From the NCBI GenBank assembly GCA_963754945.1, contig CAVWIG010000017.1, forward strand, positions 212,623-276,622: a stretch of DNA of 64,000 nucleotides, written 5' to 3'. The stretch is from Methanotrichaceae archaeon. Its GTDB lineage: Archaea > Halobacteriota > Methanosarcinia > Methanotrichales > Methanotrichaceae. A program made the translations under genes and the position numbers. Position 1 is the stretch's first letter. Each line of letters begins with the position of its first letter. The notes under the pieces are model-generated. The model did not search any database and had not been told where the DNA came from. It saw only the letters and a list, made by a program, of their open reading frames with translations. Of this stretch, positions 1 to 10,377 are shown piece after piece.

Positions 1-1672
1 CAGTCTCTGTCAGGAAGATGTCCTGGACAACAAGGAACTCCAGCCCGGACAGAGACTCTACCATCTCCGGCATCGCCCTAGCCGGGTTGCTGCCCACGAT
101 ATAGGCAGCCTTGATCTTTCCTAGGGAGATAGCCTGAATGGTCTCATGGTAATCTCGGCCCATGCCGAGAATGGAGACCCCCTGAGAGTTGCAGTTTGCA
201 CCCAAAACCGCCAGCCTCCCCTTCAGGGCCTTGGCCAATCGGCTTGCAGCTACGACTATATCGGCACAGCAGTCCGGCCCGATCACCAGAGTTGCGCCCG
301 CCAGCGAGAGAGCCACGTTACGTATCTCTTCTTCGGTCACTCCTGAGCCGTTCAAATCCAGATCCTCTCCCGAGATCGCTCTGGTGAGAGCTACAAGGAT
401 GCTGGCCTCTTGCCCGGGCACTGGCGCTAGCCACGTGGAGGACGCCCTGGCTAGGCCGGTCTTCAATGGGCTTATAACAACCAGGTTCTTTGCCGATCTA
501 AGGGCCAGTTCTGTCGCAGGATTGGTTTCGGCCAGGTCGCCCACGACGAGAACAGAGCCGGCTGAAATTAGATCCTCATGCTTTATTCCTGAGGCTATTG
601 CGTCCGGGGCCACGGCAACGCTATTCATGACCTCACGGGCAAACTTCTGGACAAGGTAGAGGGCTTCGTTTGTGCAGACACCGGAGGTGATTGCTGCGAA
701 CTGCTCACCTGAGTATCTGGCAAGCCCCTCCGCCGCCACAGCCAATGCCTCGTCCCAGCCAGCCTCGACCAGTTTTCCGTTCTTCCGGATTAGAGGCAAC
801 TTCAGCCTGGACGGATCCTGGACGAAACCTGTCCCGAATCTTCCCCGAACGCATAGTTTATCTCCGACAGATGTCACCCGCAGCAGCTTTCCGCCAGCAA
901 CCTCTAGGCCGATCTGACAATTGGCGCTGCAGAAGGGACAGGTGGTAATTATCACGTCATCGGACGGGCCCGACCACCTCTCCGCTCGTTCAGCCAGAGC
1001 GCCTGTGGGACAGACGTCGACACACGCCCCGCAGAACCTGCACCCCACTTCTTCCAGCGGCTTCTCGAAGGCAGTTCCAATGCCCGCCTCGAACCCCCGG
1101 AAGATGAAAGAGATGGCGCCAGCTAATCGTTCCTCACAGGCGCGAACGCAACGGCCGCACAGGATACACAAGTTGGGGTCACGATCGAAGAAGGGGCTCC
1201 GTACAACTTGTTTGGATGAGCCGATGTGGGAAAGCTCAACCTTCTCCAGGCCGATAAGCTCCACAGTCTCCTGGAGGGCGCACCTTTGGTCTTTTGGGCA
1301 ATACCGGCATCCCATGGTCTGGGGCACCTTTCTCATGGGTTCTCTGGCCTCATCACACCTACCGGCGCGCTCGCAGGTCAAACAATTCGATGGATGTTCG
1401 GAGAGGAGCATCTCCAGGATACTTTTCCGGAGATCCAAAAGGGCGGGAGTGCTGGTCCGGACGACCATCCCTTCATTGACGGGCAAGGTGCAGGATGAAG
1501 GAAAACCGCGGATGCCCTCGATCTCAACAAGGCACAGCCTGCAGCCGCCATAGGGCTTCAGGCCGGGGTAATCGCACAGGCCAGGTATCCTTATCCCGGA
1601 CCGCATTGCAGCTTCCTTGACGGTGGTACCAGCCGGAACATCTACCAGAACGTCGTCGATCTTCAGATGCAC
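1..1672 (-). CDS. NuoG/FdhA-like Fe-S subunit, partial (runs off the window start)
   Basis: Manual translation from GTG 1672 gives MHLKIDDVLVDVPAGTTVKEAAMRSGIRIPGLCDYPGLKPYGGCRLCLVE (2Fe-2S domain). It is followed by CILCGRCVRAC and CRFCGACVDVCP ferredoxin motifs and TTCPFCSANC (molybdopterin-oxidoreductase 4Fe-4S). Overlaps the stop of the NuoF-like gene. Confidence 0.85.
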   Translation of the reverse strand, partial: MHLKIDDVLVDVPAGTTVKEAAMRSGIRIPGLCDYPGLKPYGGCRLCLVEIEGIRGFPSSCTLPVNEGMVVRTSTPALLDLRKSILEMLLSEHPSNCLTCERAGRCDEAREPMRKVPQTMGCRYCPKDQRCALQETVELIGLEKVELSHIGSSKQVVRSPFFDRDPNLCILCGRCVRACEERLAGAISFIFRGFEAGIGTAFEKPLEEVGCRFCGACVDVCPTGALAERAERWSGPSDDVIITTCPFCSANCQIGLEVAGGKLLRVTSVGDKLCVRGRFGTGFVQDPSRLKLPLIRKNGKLVEAGWDEALAVAAEGLARYSGEQFAAITSGVCTNEALYLVQKFAREVMNSVAVAPDAIASGIKHEDLISAGSVLVVGDLAETNPATELALRSAKNLVVISPLKTGLARASSTWLAPVPGQEASILVALTRAISGEDLDLNGSGVTEEEIRNVALSLAGATLVIGPDCCADIVVAASRLAKALKGRLAVLGANCNSQGVSILGMGRDYHETIQAISLGKIKAAYIVGSNPARAMPEMVESLSGLEFLVVQDIFLTET

Positions 1673-3588
1673 TGGACCACCTTCTTCCCTGACTTTCTGG
1701 TTACCGCGCTGAACTTCTCAGGGCATACGGAGATGCAGACGCCACACCTTATGCATTTGTCCTGGTCGATGACGTGCGCCGTCTTGAACTGGCTGGAGAT
1801 GGCCTCAGCCGGACAGCTTTCCGCGCATATTCCGCAGGATCTGCATTTTCCTGGGTCAATGTGGAAAGAGGTCAGATCTTTGCAGACGAGTGAAGGACAA
1901 TTTCCCCTGAGAATGTGCTCCTCGAACTCACTCCTAAAGAACTTCAATGTCGTGATAACGGGGTTGGGGGCACCCGCGCCAAGGCCGCAGAGCGAGCCGC
2001 TCCTCACAGCGTTGGCCAGTCGCTCCAGCTTTGATAGATCGGATAGATCGGCTTCGCCTCTCGTTATCTTCTCGAGGATTCCCAGCATCTGCCTTGTGCC
2101 TATTCTACAGGGCGTGCATTTTCCACATGACTCTCTGTGGGTGAAGGTCAGGAAGAATCGGGCAAGGTCAACGATACAGGTGCCCTCGTCTATTATTATC
2201 ATGCTTCCTGAACCCATGATCGATCCTTCTTTAGCGAGAGACTCGTAGTCCACGGGTGTATCCAGGTGGGCAGCAGGTATGCACCCGCCAGAAGGGCCGC
2301 CTGTCAGTACACCTTTGCAGGCACGGTCTCCAGGTATGCCTCCGCCGATATCGAAGATGATCTCGCGAAGAGTCATGCCCATGGGAACCTCGATGAGTCC
2401 CGCCCTTCTGACCGCTCCGGCAAGAGACAGTGTCTTGGTGCCCTTGCTCCTTCCTATGCCGATTGAGTTGTACCAGTCTCCTCCACGATTTATTATGGCC
2501 GACAGGTTGGCAAAGGTCTCAACGTTGTTTATGTTCGTCGGTTTGGACCAGAGCCCTGCGTTGGCCGGGAAAGGCGGCCTGGTCTTGGGCATTCCCCTAT
2601 GTCCTTCGATAGAGGCCATGAGCGCGGTCTCTTCACCGCAAACAAAAGCTCCAGCTCCCTCTTTTATGGTGATGTCGAAATCCATTCCCGATCCCAGGAT
2701 GTCATCTCCTAGGAGACCGTAATCCCTGGCCTGGCGGAGCGCTATCTTCAGCCTCTGGAGGGCCAGAGGATACTCAGCCCTACAGTAAATTATGCCAGCG
2801 GTAGAGCCTATGGCGTAAGCTGCAATCAACATCCCTTCCAGGACAGAATGGGGGTCGCCCTCCAGGACGGAGCGATCCATAAATGCCCCCGGATCTCCCT
2901 CATCTGCGTTGCATATCAGGTACTTCTCTAGGCCAGGAGCCTTGCGGCAGAACTCCCACTTCATCCCAGTGGGGAATCCTGCTCCGCCGCGACCTCTGAG
3001 TCCCGATCTCTTGACCTCTTCTATGACAGCCTCAGGCTTGGTGCTCAGAGCCTTTGCAAGGGCGCTATAACCGCCCCTGGCCAGGTAATGGTCTATCCTC
3101 TCAGGATCGATGATGCCGCAGTTCCGAAGGGCAATCCTAATCTGGGGTTTGAGCATCGGATGGTCCCAGATCGAAGGGATGGAGATGTCAGTAGGTGCAC
3201 CTTGGTCCTTAACATCCAACAAATCCACGACACCCAAAGCCCGTTCTTTCCATAGGTCATCTCCCAAGATGACCCTGTCCACTAAGGATGGGACAACCTC
3301 AGGTGTCACATAGCCGTAACAGACCATCGGCTGGCCTGGTTTTTTTACATAAACCAAAGGCTCAGCGTAGCACAGCCCCAGGCATCCCACCTTCATGTAC
3401 CTGGCCCGAAAATCCCTTCCTGATAGCCCCGCCTTTATGGCGTCTTGGGTCTGGCAGGCCTGAGCGGATATGCCGCAGGTGGACATGCCTGTGCACACAA
3501 GGGTATCCTCGGAGAATAGATCGTCCCAGGCCTTCTTGGCCTCTCTGCGGATCTTTTCCAGATCTTCAGAATCCGAAGCAAGCTTCAT
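1663..3588 (-). CDS. NuoF/HydB-like NADH-binding flavoprotein subunit with C-terminal 2x[4Fe-4S]
   Basis: SGLRGRGGAGFPTG, CNADEGDPGAFMDR, GAGAFVCGEETAL and ESCGKCTPCR motifs; N-terminal thioredoxin-like 2Fe-2S domain. Confidence 0.95.
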   Translation of the reverse strand: MKLASDSEDLEKIRREAKKAWDDLFSEDTLVCTGMSTCGISAQACQTQDAIKAGLSGRDFRARYMKVGCLGLCYAEPLVYVKKPGQPMVCYGYVTPEVVPSLVDRVILGDDLWKERALGVVDLLDVKDQGAPTDISIPSIWDHPMLKPQIRIALRNCGIIDPERIDHYLARGGYSALAKALSTKPEAVIEEVKRSGLRGRGGAGFPTGMKWEFCRKAPGLEKYLICNADEGDPGAFMDRSVLEGDPHSVLEGMLIAAYAIGSTAGIIYCRAEYPLALQRLKIALRQARDYGLLGDDILGSGMDFDITIKEGAGAFVCGEETALMASIEGHRGMPKTRPPFPANAGLWSKPTNINNVETFANLSAIINRGGDWYNSIGIGRSKGTKTLSLAGAVRRAGLIEVPMGMTLREIIFDIGGGIPGDRACKGVLTGGPSGGCIPAAHLDTPVDYESLAKEGSIMGSGSMIIIDEGTCIVDLARFFLTFTHRESCGKCTPCRIGTRQMLGILEKITRGEADLSDLSKLERLANAVRSGSLCGLGAGAPNPVITTLKFFRSEFEEHILRGNCPSLVCKDLTSFHIDPGKCRSCGICAESCPAEAISSQFKTAHVIDQDKCIRCGVCISVCPEKFSAVTRKSGKKVVQCI

Positions 3589-3607
3589 AAAACCTAATCA
3601 AGATCGC

Positions 3608-4057
3608 TTAATCCAAATCGTCAATAATTGCCTCGGCCTGGAGCGGGGTTAGGTTTCCGTAAACCACGCCGTCTACAGCCATAACAGGAGACCGGGAGCA
3701 GCAGCCTAGACAGGCGACCGTCTCCAGGCTGAACCTTTCATCCTGAGTGGTGTGACCCGGCTGAACGCCCAGGCTTCTAGAGAGGCGTTCCAGCAGGTCT
3801 TTTCCCCCCTTGAGATAGCACGATGTTCCCAGGCAAACCTTTACCTGATGCTCTCCGGGCTCAAAGAGCCTGAACTCAGAATAAAAGGTGGCCACCCCAT
3901 AGACCTCGCTCTCTGAGATCCCTAAAACCTCACTTATTACTTCCACAGCATCCTGGGAGATATAGCCTAGCGTAGATTGAACTCCCTGCAACAGGGGTAT
4001 CAAAGCTCCTTCCTTCCCCGGAAGCTCTTCGAGCAGTGCTCTTATTTTAGCCTCCAT
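3608..4057 (-). CDS. NuoE/HydC-like 2Fe-2S subunit
   Basis: VYGVATFY, VCLGTSC and VACLGCC motifs; ATG at 4057 chosen as start. Confidence 0.93.
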   Translation of the reverse strand: MEAKIRALLEELPGKEGALIPLLQGVQSTLGYISQDAVEVISEVLGISESEVYGVATFYSEFRLFEPGEHQVKVCLGTSCYLKGGKDLLERLSRSLGVQPGHTTQDERFSLETVACLGCCSRSPVMAVDGVVYGNLTPLQAEAIIDDLD

Positions 4058-4277
4058 CGCATCTCCAAGGTATGAATCCAAATAGTGCAGGTAAGCCTAG
4101 CCTACTTCGAGGTACTTTAAATTATCGATCGTTACGATAAGGAATCGTCATCATCTGCGATCAGATCTAAGTTGTGGTCGTCCGCGAACGTTAGTAGGCA
4201 GGATAGTTCTTTTTATAGTCCTGGATATTGGATGCGGGAAAGGTTAATAGCATGGGAAATAGATGTTGTAGACGTTT

Positions 4278-4368
4278 GGGCTCGTGGGGTAGAGGACATC
4301 CTAGCGGGCTTCGGAGACCAGATCGGAGAAACCCGCTGACCTGGGTTCGATTCCCAGCGAGTCCGCCA
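4278..4368 (+). tRNA. tRNA-Arg(TCG) with 16-nt intron at 37/38
   Basis: Acceptor stem GGGCTCG/CGAGTCC+G+CCA; anticodon stem GCGGG/CCCGC; TCG at 4311-4313; intron about 4315-4330; T-arm CTGGG TTCGATT CCCAG. Confidence 0.93.
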
Positions 4369-4468
4369 TTCTAACCAATCTTCAATCCTAGCCAATGCAA
4401 TGGAAATCCTTTAGGCAAAGGGAAACTCATTTCTTTTCGTAAAGACATTTGTCCCAATAGGTGAGGGC

Positions 4469-5410
4469 TTGGTTGATCTTTTCGGGACAAAGAAGTACAC
4501 AGATCGAATCAGTGAGCTTGAGTTGCTCGTCTCAAAGTTGACGGAGGAGAAGCTTGAGCAGGCCTCCCAGCTCGAAAAGCGGGAGGAGAAGATTCGAAAG
4601 ATGACTAGCGCCTATCAGGAGGCCAACTTGGCCCTGAAGGCAGCAGAGGTGAAATCTTCCTCTTCTTCGGCTATGCCCCAGAAGGCTGATGTCGAGATGA
4701 AAATTGGCCAGACGGTCCATGGACTTAGGCTCGGGCCAACGGAGGTGGATAAGCTACTGGAAAGGCTTGATGCCATCAGATCTCCAGAGGACGATCTTCT
4801 CACAGCTTACCTTGAGAGTCCGGTCGATCTACCTCCTGAAGCGGAGAAGCTTGCAGTATCGATCAAATCCGACCGGGGAATGGCTGTTCTTCACTGCCCT
4901 TTTATCTTCACCCTGGTCCTGGTGCCGCCGTTGCCTGTGACGCAAAGTCCTCTCACTTTCGGCAGCGCGTTCCAGCTCGATCAGCTCCGGGATTTTATGG
5001 AGACTCCGGTCCTTGTCGTATCAGCCCATGCAGGAGACACCTTCATAGGTTTGGCCCTGACCAAAAGCGATTTTGAGATTCAGGAGCGGGTGGAAAGCCC
5101 GGTTAAAGAGAAGCACTCCAAGGGCGGCTGGAGCCAGAAGAGATTCGAGAGGCTTCGCGAGGAGGATATCCGCAACCATGCCGATGCCGTGGTCCAGAAG
5201 CTCGGGGAGATGAGTGTAAGATTCAGATCCATAGCTAAGTACGCGGTGATTGGCGGAGATCATGACCTCCTGAGGATGATATCGCCATCGCTGGATTTAC
5301 CTGTCGTCGAAAGGAAGCTTGAAAGGCACGACGAAAGGAGGTCCGACAAGCTGTTGGAGGAGGTTTACAGCTTCTATTGCTATCGTAGGCTACCGGATTT
5401 GAAAGAGTGA
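4469..5410 (+). CDS. Vms1-like/aeRF1-domain (VLRF1 clade) protein
   Basis: N-terminal coiled coil; KHSKGGWSQKRFERLR motif typical of VLRF1 release-factor-like proteins. Confidence 0.8.
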   Translation: MVDLFGTKKYTDRISELELLVSKLTEEKLEQASQLEKREEKIRKMTSAYQEANLALKAAEVKSSSSSAMPQKADVEMKIGQTVHGLRLGPTEVDKLLERLDAIRSPEDDLLTAYLESPVDLPPEAEKLAVSIKSDRGMAVLHCPFIFTLVLVPPLPVTQSPLTFGSAFQLDQLRDFMETPVLVVSAHAGDTFIGLALTKSDFEIQERVESPVKEKHSKGGWSQKRFERLREEDIRNHADAVVQKLGEMSVRFRSIAKYAVIGGDHDLLRMISPSLDLPVVERKLERHDERRSDKLLEEVYSFYCYRRLPDLKE

Positions 5411-5416
5411 AAGACA

Positions 5417-6316
5417 ATGGTTGAAGCCGAAAAAGGAAAAAAAGTCGAAAAAAAGACTTCAGAGGGTTGTGAGACCCCAAAGGTTAACCTTGCCGAGCAA
5501 GCCCTTTCTTTCGACTGGCATGTGAGAAGGAGGGTGGCCTGGAATCCGGGCACCGGGGAGGAGGTTCTGCGGCGGCTGGCAAAAGATGATGTACAGTGGG
5601 TCCGGGAGGCAGTAGCTGGCAATGAAAGAACCCCGGAGGATGTCCTAGTTCGACTGGCAGGCGACAGTGATGGATTCGTCAGGGCCGCAGTGGCTCTGAA
5701 CGGAAGAACACCCGCAGTCTTGGATGATCTGGCCGTGGATGAGGCGGTGGACTACGACTACACCCTCAACAAAAATCGCTATCTCATAAAAGAAGCAGTA
5801 GCCAGGAACCCGAACGTCACCCAGGAAGCTCTTCGAGTCCTCTCATCCGATGGCGACGAGCATGTCCGGGCATCGGCCGCGTCTAACCCTGGGATTACGC
5901 CAGAACTGCTTGCCAAGCTGTCCAAGGACGTGAGCTGGCTGGTCAGAGACGGGATTGCCAAAAACGAGGTAACTCCTGAGGCCATGCTTGCTTACCTCTC
6001 CGCTGACAGGATTATGGATGTGAGGATCTCTGTAGCTCTGAACGCCAAGACGCCTCAGACGGCATTGGACGCCCTAGCCTTGGACAAAAGCTGGGAAGTT
6101 AGGGAAGCAGTCGGCCGTAACCCCAACCTGGACAAGAAAGCCCTTGCAGAGCTCTCTAGCCATTGGTCGTGGAAGGTTAGGGAAGCGGTTGCTCTAAACT
6201 CCAGCACGCCTGAAGAAATCGTGGAGCATCTGGCCATAGATCCGGATCAAAGCGTCAACAAGTCTGCACGAGAGCGCCTGGCTAAACTGGCTAAAACCAT
6301 ACAGCAAAAGCTCTAA
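5417..6316 (+). CDS. HEAT/LRV-repeat protein
   Basis: Repeats of about 24 aa of the form VREAVAxNxxTPxxxLxxLAxD. Confidence 0.85.
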   Translation: MVEAEKGKKVEKKTSEGCETPKVNLAEQALSFDWHVRRRVAWNPGTGEEVLRRLAKDDVQWVREAVAGNERTPEDVLVRLAGDSDGFVRAAVALNGRTPAVLDDLAVDEAVDYDYTLNKNRYLIKEAVARNPNVTQEALRVLSSDGDEHVRASAASNPGITPELLAKLSKDVSWLVRDGIAKNEVTPEAMLAYLSADRIMDVRISVALNAKTPQTALDALALDKSWEVREAVGRNPNLDKKALAELSSHWSWKVREAVALNSSTPEEIVEHLAIDPDQSVNKSARERLAKLAKTIQQKL

Positions 6317-6905
6317 TCTCTGAAACTTGCCATCCGCCTTCTCCAAATGTGCCGCCCTGGCTCCGCTTGAATATCTCTTTGGTATGGGGCTCTATGAGGG
6401 TCAACTCCGCCTTCGGGCTCAAGTCAGGGGCTTCTTTGGGCCTCCAGGGTGGCCTCAGCCTTCTGGGCCGCTCAGCAGTGGGCTTGACCGGTAGGGTTTG
6501 ACATGGATCGGGAACAGAAACGCCCTGAATCTCTGACAGATCATCGTTGAGCATCTCTCTGTCCAGGTAGGACACACCCGTCGATGTCTTGATATCCATC
6601 CCAAGAAGGTCCTCGGCGGTCACTATGCCCACCAGGTCGTTTGGAACTGGCGACATGAGCCTCACAATTCCACACGCACACCTGGGGTGGTAATCCTTGA
6701 ACCTGTACCACAGCCTTCTGGCCTGGTCATGGCTGCTCTCGGCCGCAGAGCTGGGCTTAGAGTCAAAAGAGGCAAGAATGGACTTAACGGTATCCAGCGT
6801 GATAGCCACATAATTGCAGTCGTCGGGGTAGACGGAACCCCGGGCATCAGTGGCAGTAAACACTGCATCCATCAGAGTCTGGTAAGAGAACGTATCCTCA
6901 GGCAT
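6291..6905 (-). CDS. Hypothetical protein
   Basis: 204-aa ORF with ATG start and AT-rich upstream region; no recognised motif. Confidence 0.6.
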   Translation of the reverse strand: MPEDTFSYQTLMDAVFTATDARGSVYPDDCNYVAITLDTVKSILASFDSKPSSAAESSHDQARRLWYRFKDYHPRCACGIVRLMSPVPNDLVGIVTAEDLLGMDIKTSTGVSYLDREMLNDDLSEIQGVSVPDPCQTLPVKPTAERPRRLRPPWRPKEAPDLSPKAELTLIEPHTKEIFKRSQGGTFGEGGWQVSEIRAFAVWF

Positions 6906-7513
6906 GCCATATACTAATATTCTTATAGGATAAAAATGTTTTGAATGTTGTGCTAATAGAACTTGAATATGGGCTATATGTCGCCTACAGGTTGAGGGGA
7001 TCTATTTGACACACGAACTAAATCAGTTTGTTGTTCCTGATCAGATTATACAACTAAAAAAAAACGGCCTAACTGCTCTTCTGCAAACTATCTATCCACA
7101 AACTTTAGGCATAGATCTGCCAGATCGCCTGTCATCTTTCGATTATGGCAATGAATAGCGATTATGACGATATAGAATTTATGCTACGAAAGCTGGGGAG
7201 TTCGAGGCTAAATTGCTATTTGTAGTATACGCTAGGGTTACATAGCTAAAGAAAAAGACGATAGCTTACTACAAGTTATGCATACCTGGCTTGCATGCGA
7301 GGGCCTCGTCGTACTTGCCATGATGGTAGAGCGACTCCTTATTGAACCAATTTTCTGCGGTGAGCCCGTCTCAGCATACCATCATATTGAGCGTTGCAAA
7401 TTGACTCTCGCAGTAGTATCTCCTGGCTGTATTTCAAACCCACTATTACCAACATATTTACTCGAATTATCTTCATATTGTGCACTAACCGTGTGATAAC
7501 CGAGGGATAGATC

Positions 7514-8502
7514 TGCTGTGTCGATTAAGCTTAAATAGTTTAAATATAAATATTATATCATGAACTATGTTGATAATAGAGACTGGCCAGAATATAATGC
7601 CCAACTTGTTCGAAGAGGCGAATTCTATCTCGATTTGAGTTGTGTGAAGAACTGGAGTTGGGAATTAAGAGAAATGAATAGAAAGAAAACAGGCGCTCCA
7701 TACAAATACCCTAACACTTTTATAACTTTTGCATCAATAATATACTCTTTTTTTCGAATGCCATATCGTCAACTTGAAGGATTCTTTGGACGACTTTCGA
7801 CCTATGAACCAGGATTGGTGGCGGCAGATTATACCACCCTCCATAAGCGAATCTCTAAGCAAGATCTTGGAATAGAGATACCAGAGAACGACGCTGTTGT
7901 TGCAGTTGATTCAACTGGGATAAAGGTAACAAATAGAGGGGATTGGATGCGCGAGAAACACGGAAAGCAGCGGCGAGGATGGCTTAAAGTTCATGTGGCA
8001 GTCGACGTTGAATCAAAGAGATTATTGTCTATGGAAATTACAGAAGAAGACACCTCGGATAGCGAGGTTTTGCGCCCTTTGTTGAAAGACGTCAATATTG
8101 AGGAGGGGTTGATGGATGGCGCATATGACACAAACGACGCATTTGAATTTATGAAATCGAAAGGTGTAGATTGTCCAGGGATTAAGATCAGAGAGAACGC
8201 GATAGTAGGTAAAGATGCATCAGCCAGGTCAACAGCTGTTCTGGAATTCAAAAAAATGGGCTACAAGGGTTGGAAGCAAATGCATCAGTACGGTAGAAGG
8301 TGGGCAGTTGAAGGCTTCTTCTCATCGATCAAGCGTATCTTTGGTGAGACGGTTCGGGCATCTTCACCCGAAGGAATGGTCGCCGAGATTAAAAGAGCAT
8401 TCATTTTGTATAATATACTTAGGAGCATATAAGTAATTAGTTAAAATAAATTATGAATTCTTGAATAACGAAATAATACTATAATAATCATGCGACACAG
8501 CA
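7514..8502 (+). mobile_element. IS5-family element, 989 bp, copy 1
   Basis: TIR TGCTGTGTCG/CGACACAGCA; 8-bp TSD GATAGATC at 7506-7513 and 8503-8510; near-identical to 62392-63380. Confidence 0.95.
7560..8432 (+). CDS. IS5-family DDE transposase
   Basis: VAVDSTGIK, WLKVHVAV, DGAYD and RWAVEGFFSSIKR motifs. Confidence 0.95.
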   Translation: MNYVDNRDWPEYNAQLVRRGEFYLDLSCVKNWSWELREMNRKKTGAPYKYPNTFITFASIIYSFFRMPYRQLEGFFGRLSTYEPGLVAADYTTLHKRISKQDLGIEIPENDAVVAVDSTGIKVTNRGDWMREKHGKQRRGWLKVHVAVDVESKRLLSMEITEEDTSDSEVLRPLLKDVNIEEGLMDGAYDTNDAFEFMKSKGVDCPGIKIRENAIVGKDASARSTAVLEFKKMGYKGWKQMHQYGRRWAVEGFFSSIKRIFGETVRASSPEGMVAEIKRAFILYNILRSI

Positions 8503-9115
8503 GATAGATCTGGAATATACAGGTAACCACCCATGCCTGTCACTCCCTTATACTGGCCATCAACCCGCACACTTGCATTATCGACTCCCACACCGTCCTT
8601 GAGCACAGTTACATCTACAGAAGATGTTATAATCGCCGTTCCCACAACAATGAGTAAGGCAAAAAGAATTGCAACCAGTAAGCAAGTCAGAGTCTTTTCT
8701 TTCATAGATTTCATTAAGAATCTTCAAGGACAAATGTTTTGCTGCGGATATAGTCTTTGCCAAGGCCAAAGAGTCGGGCTGGGGTCTCATCTCCCCCGCA
8801 CGTGAACATCAGTGAACGCTCACCATATTTAAACCACAGTAGGGGCCGAGTATCTGGATCAGTATCAAGACAAATCCCACTACTAGGCCCTTCGAAACGG
8901 TCCACATTTCCTCCTTTGCTACATCCTGTTCCCACATCGCGGAAAGGTTTCAACCCTTTCAAGTATATCTATTGTTTATTTTATAAATATATTTCTTGTT
9001 GTGAAAATAATAGTACAACAACTAAAACATACGGAACTTCGAGAGCGCGTACACCAGTAAAAAATCGAAAAAATGATGGCCTCATGAAACCACCATCCCC
9101 GATCCGAGGCTAGTA

Positions 9116-9526
9116 TTATGCCGTTATCCGGTGAAGCTTATCAATGGCCACCGATGCATTTTTTCCGTCAGTAAGATATATCAGCTCCATCTCATCGTTG
9201 GAAATGATCGTCCCCAGGGAATAACCCTTATTAAACTCGGTGATGTAGAGCGTTTTATTATCCAAACCAATGGCTCCGGCAAAACCTTCACCGATCTCTG
9301 TCTCATTCTTAAGATTGATTGTCAAATTCCCAGCGAAAATTCGATCCATCTGCTCCAAGAACGTAAAATTGATGATTCCACTCGCAGTCGAGTTGGAGTA
9401 CCCTTTTCCTTCATCATACCCACTCCACGAACCAGTCCATTTACCTAGCAGGTCTGGAACTTTCGCAGCACAGATCCCAGTGGACAAGACCAGGACCAAC
9501 AATGCTAAACACAGAATCTTTTTCAT
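9116..9526 (-). CDS. Secreted hypothetical protein (beta-rich)
   Basis: Signal peptide MKKILCLALLVLVLSTGICAA followed by VPDLLGKWTG. Confidence 0.8.
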   Translation of the reverse strand: MKKILCLALLVLVLSTGICAAKVPDLLGKWTGSWSGYDEGKGYSNSTASGIINFTFLEQMDRIFAGNLTINLKNETEIGEGFAGAIGLDNKTLYITEFNKGYSLGTIISNDEMELIYLTDGKNASVAIDKLHRITA

Positions 9527-9738
9527 ACATATCCTTCAGTGAGTTTCGATTATTAATTTTCCTGAAGATAGACATCTTATCTATGGAGCTGGGGAGAAAG
9601 CCTTTGTTTACCGATCCCATAATCCTCTCAGCTTCCGTTCTACACATGCACATCACAATAGTGGCCGTGTTGTGGTTAGCCTTTGGCCATGTGCAAAAGT
9701 ATTTCCATGAGGTTTATCGTCGCACAACAGTGGTATAT

Positions 9739-10254
9739 ATGAAAAACTGGAAGGTGCTGATGGTGGCAATATTGCTGCTGACTGCGGCGGTTTTCGTTAT
9801 GCAATTGGCTTATGCAAAAGAAGAATCTATGGGCATGGCAAATGCATCACTAAGCGCCTCATCCAACAAGACAGCACTCGTCTCATTTGTCGAGTCTGCT
9901 GTGGCCTATGCCCAAGAGAACGGCAAAGATAAAGCGCTCAAGGAGTTCAGCAATAAGACCGGCACGTTTGTCCGTGGAGATCTCTACATCTATGCCTATG
10001 ACTTCAATGGAACTAACATTGCACATCCATTCAAACCCGATTGGATAGGCAAGAGCAAGCTAAACATGACTGATTCCAATGGCGTACCATTCATCAAGAA
10101 CCTGATCAATGTTGCCGAGGAGGGAAAAGGATTTACTTACTTCATCTTCCCGAACCCTGCTCACGGTAACAGAGATGAGTTCAAGATCGCCTACGTTATG
10201 AAAGTGGATGACAATTGGTGGCTGGGCTCTGGAATCTACCTATCATGTTCGTGA
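9739..10254 (+). CDS. Stand-alone secreted single Cache-domain protein
   Basis: Signal peptide from ATG 9739; GDLYIYAYDFNG..AHP, DSNG..FI and WWLGSGIY Cache motifs. Confidence 0.88.
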   Translation: MKNWKVLMVAILLLTAAVFVMQLAYAKEESMGMANASLSASSNKTALVSFVESAVAYAQENGKDKALKEFSNKTGTFVRGDLYIYAYDFNGTNIAHPFKPDWIGKSKLNMTDSNGVPFIKNLINVAEEGKGFTYFIFPNPAHGNRDEFKIAYVMKVDDNWWLGSGIYLSCS

Positions 10255-10377
10255 TCGATGGCTATTTCCTTTTTGATAGGCGAGGAGATGCAGCACATCT
10301 ATTTTTCATCGATAGCAGTGAATCTTCGTGGGCAGGTCTTACCAGTAAATGATCTAATCCGCCTATAAACGGTAATT

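Larger units (their letters stand above)
7382..8714 (-). pseudogene. Secreted PEGA/carboxypeptidase-regulatory-like small protein, split by IS5 copy 1
   Basis: Removing 7514-8502 and one TSD restores ...VDGQYKGVTGMGGYLYIPDLSLGYHTVSAQYEDNSSKYVGNSGFEIQPGDTTARVNLQRSI* with TGA at 7384-7382. Confidence 0.8.

Noticed and set aside
146-3652. Many plus-strand ORFs
   Set aside because: Antisense shadows of the GC-rich nuoEFG-like genes.
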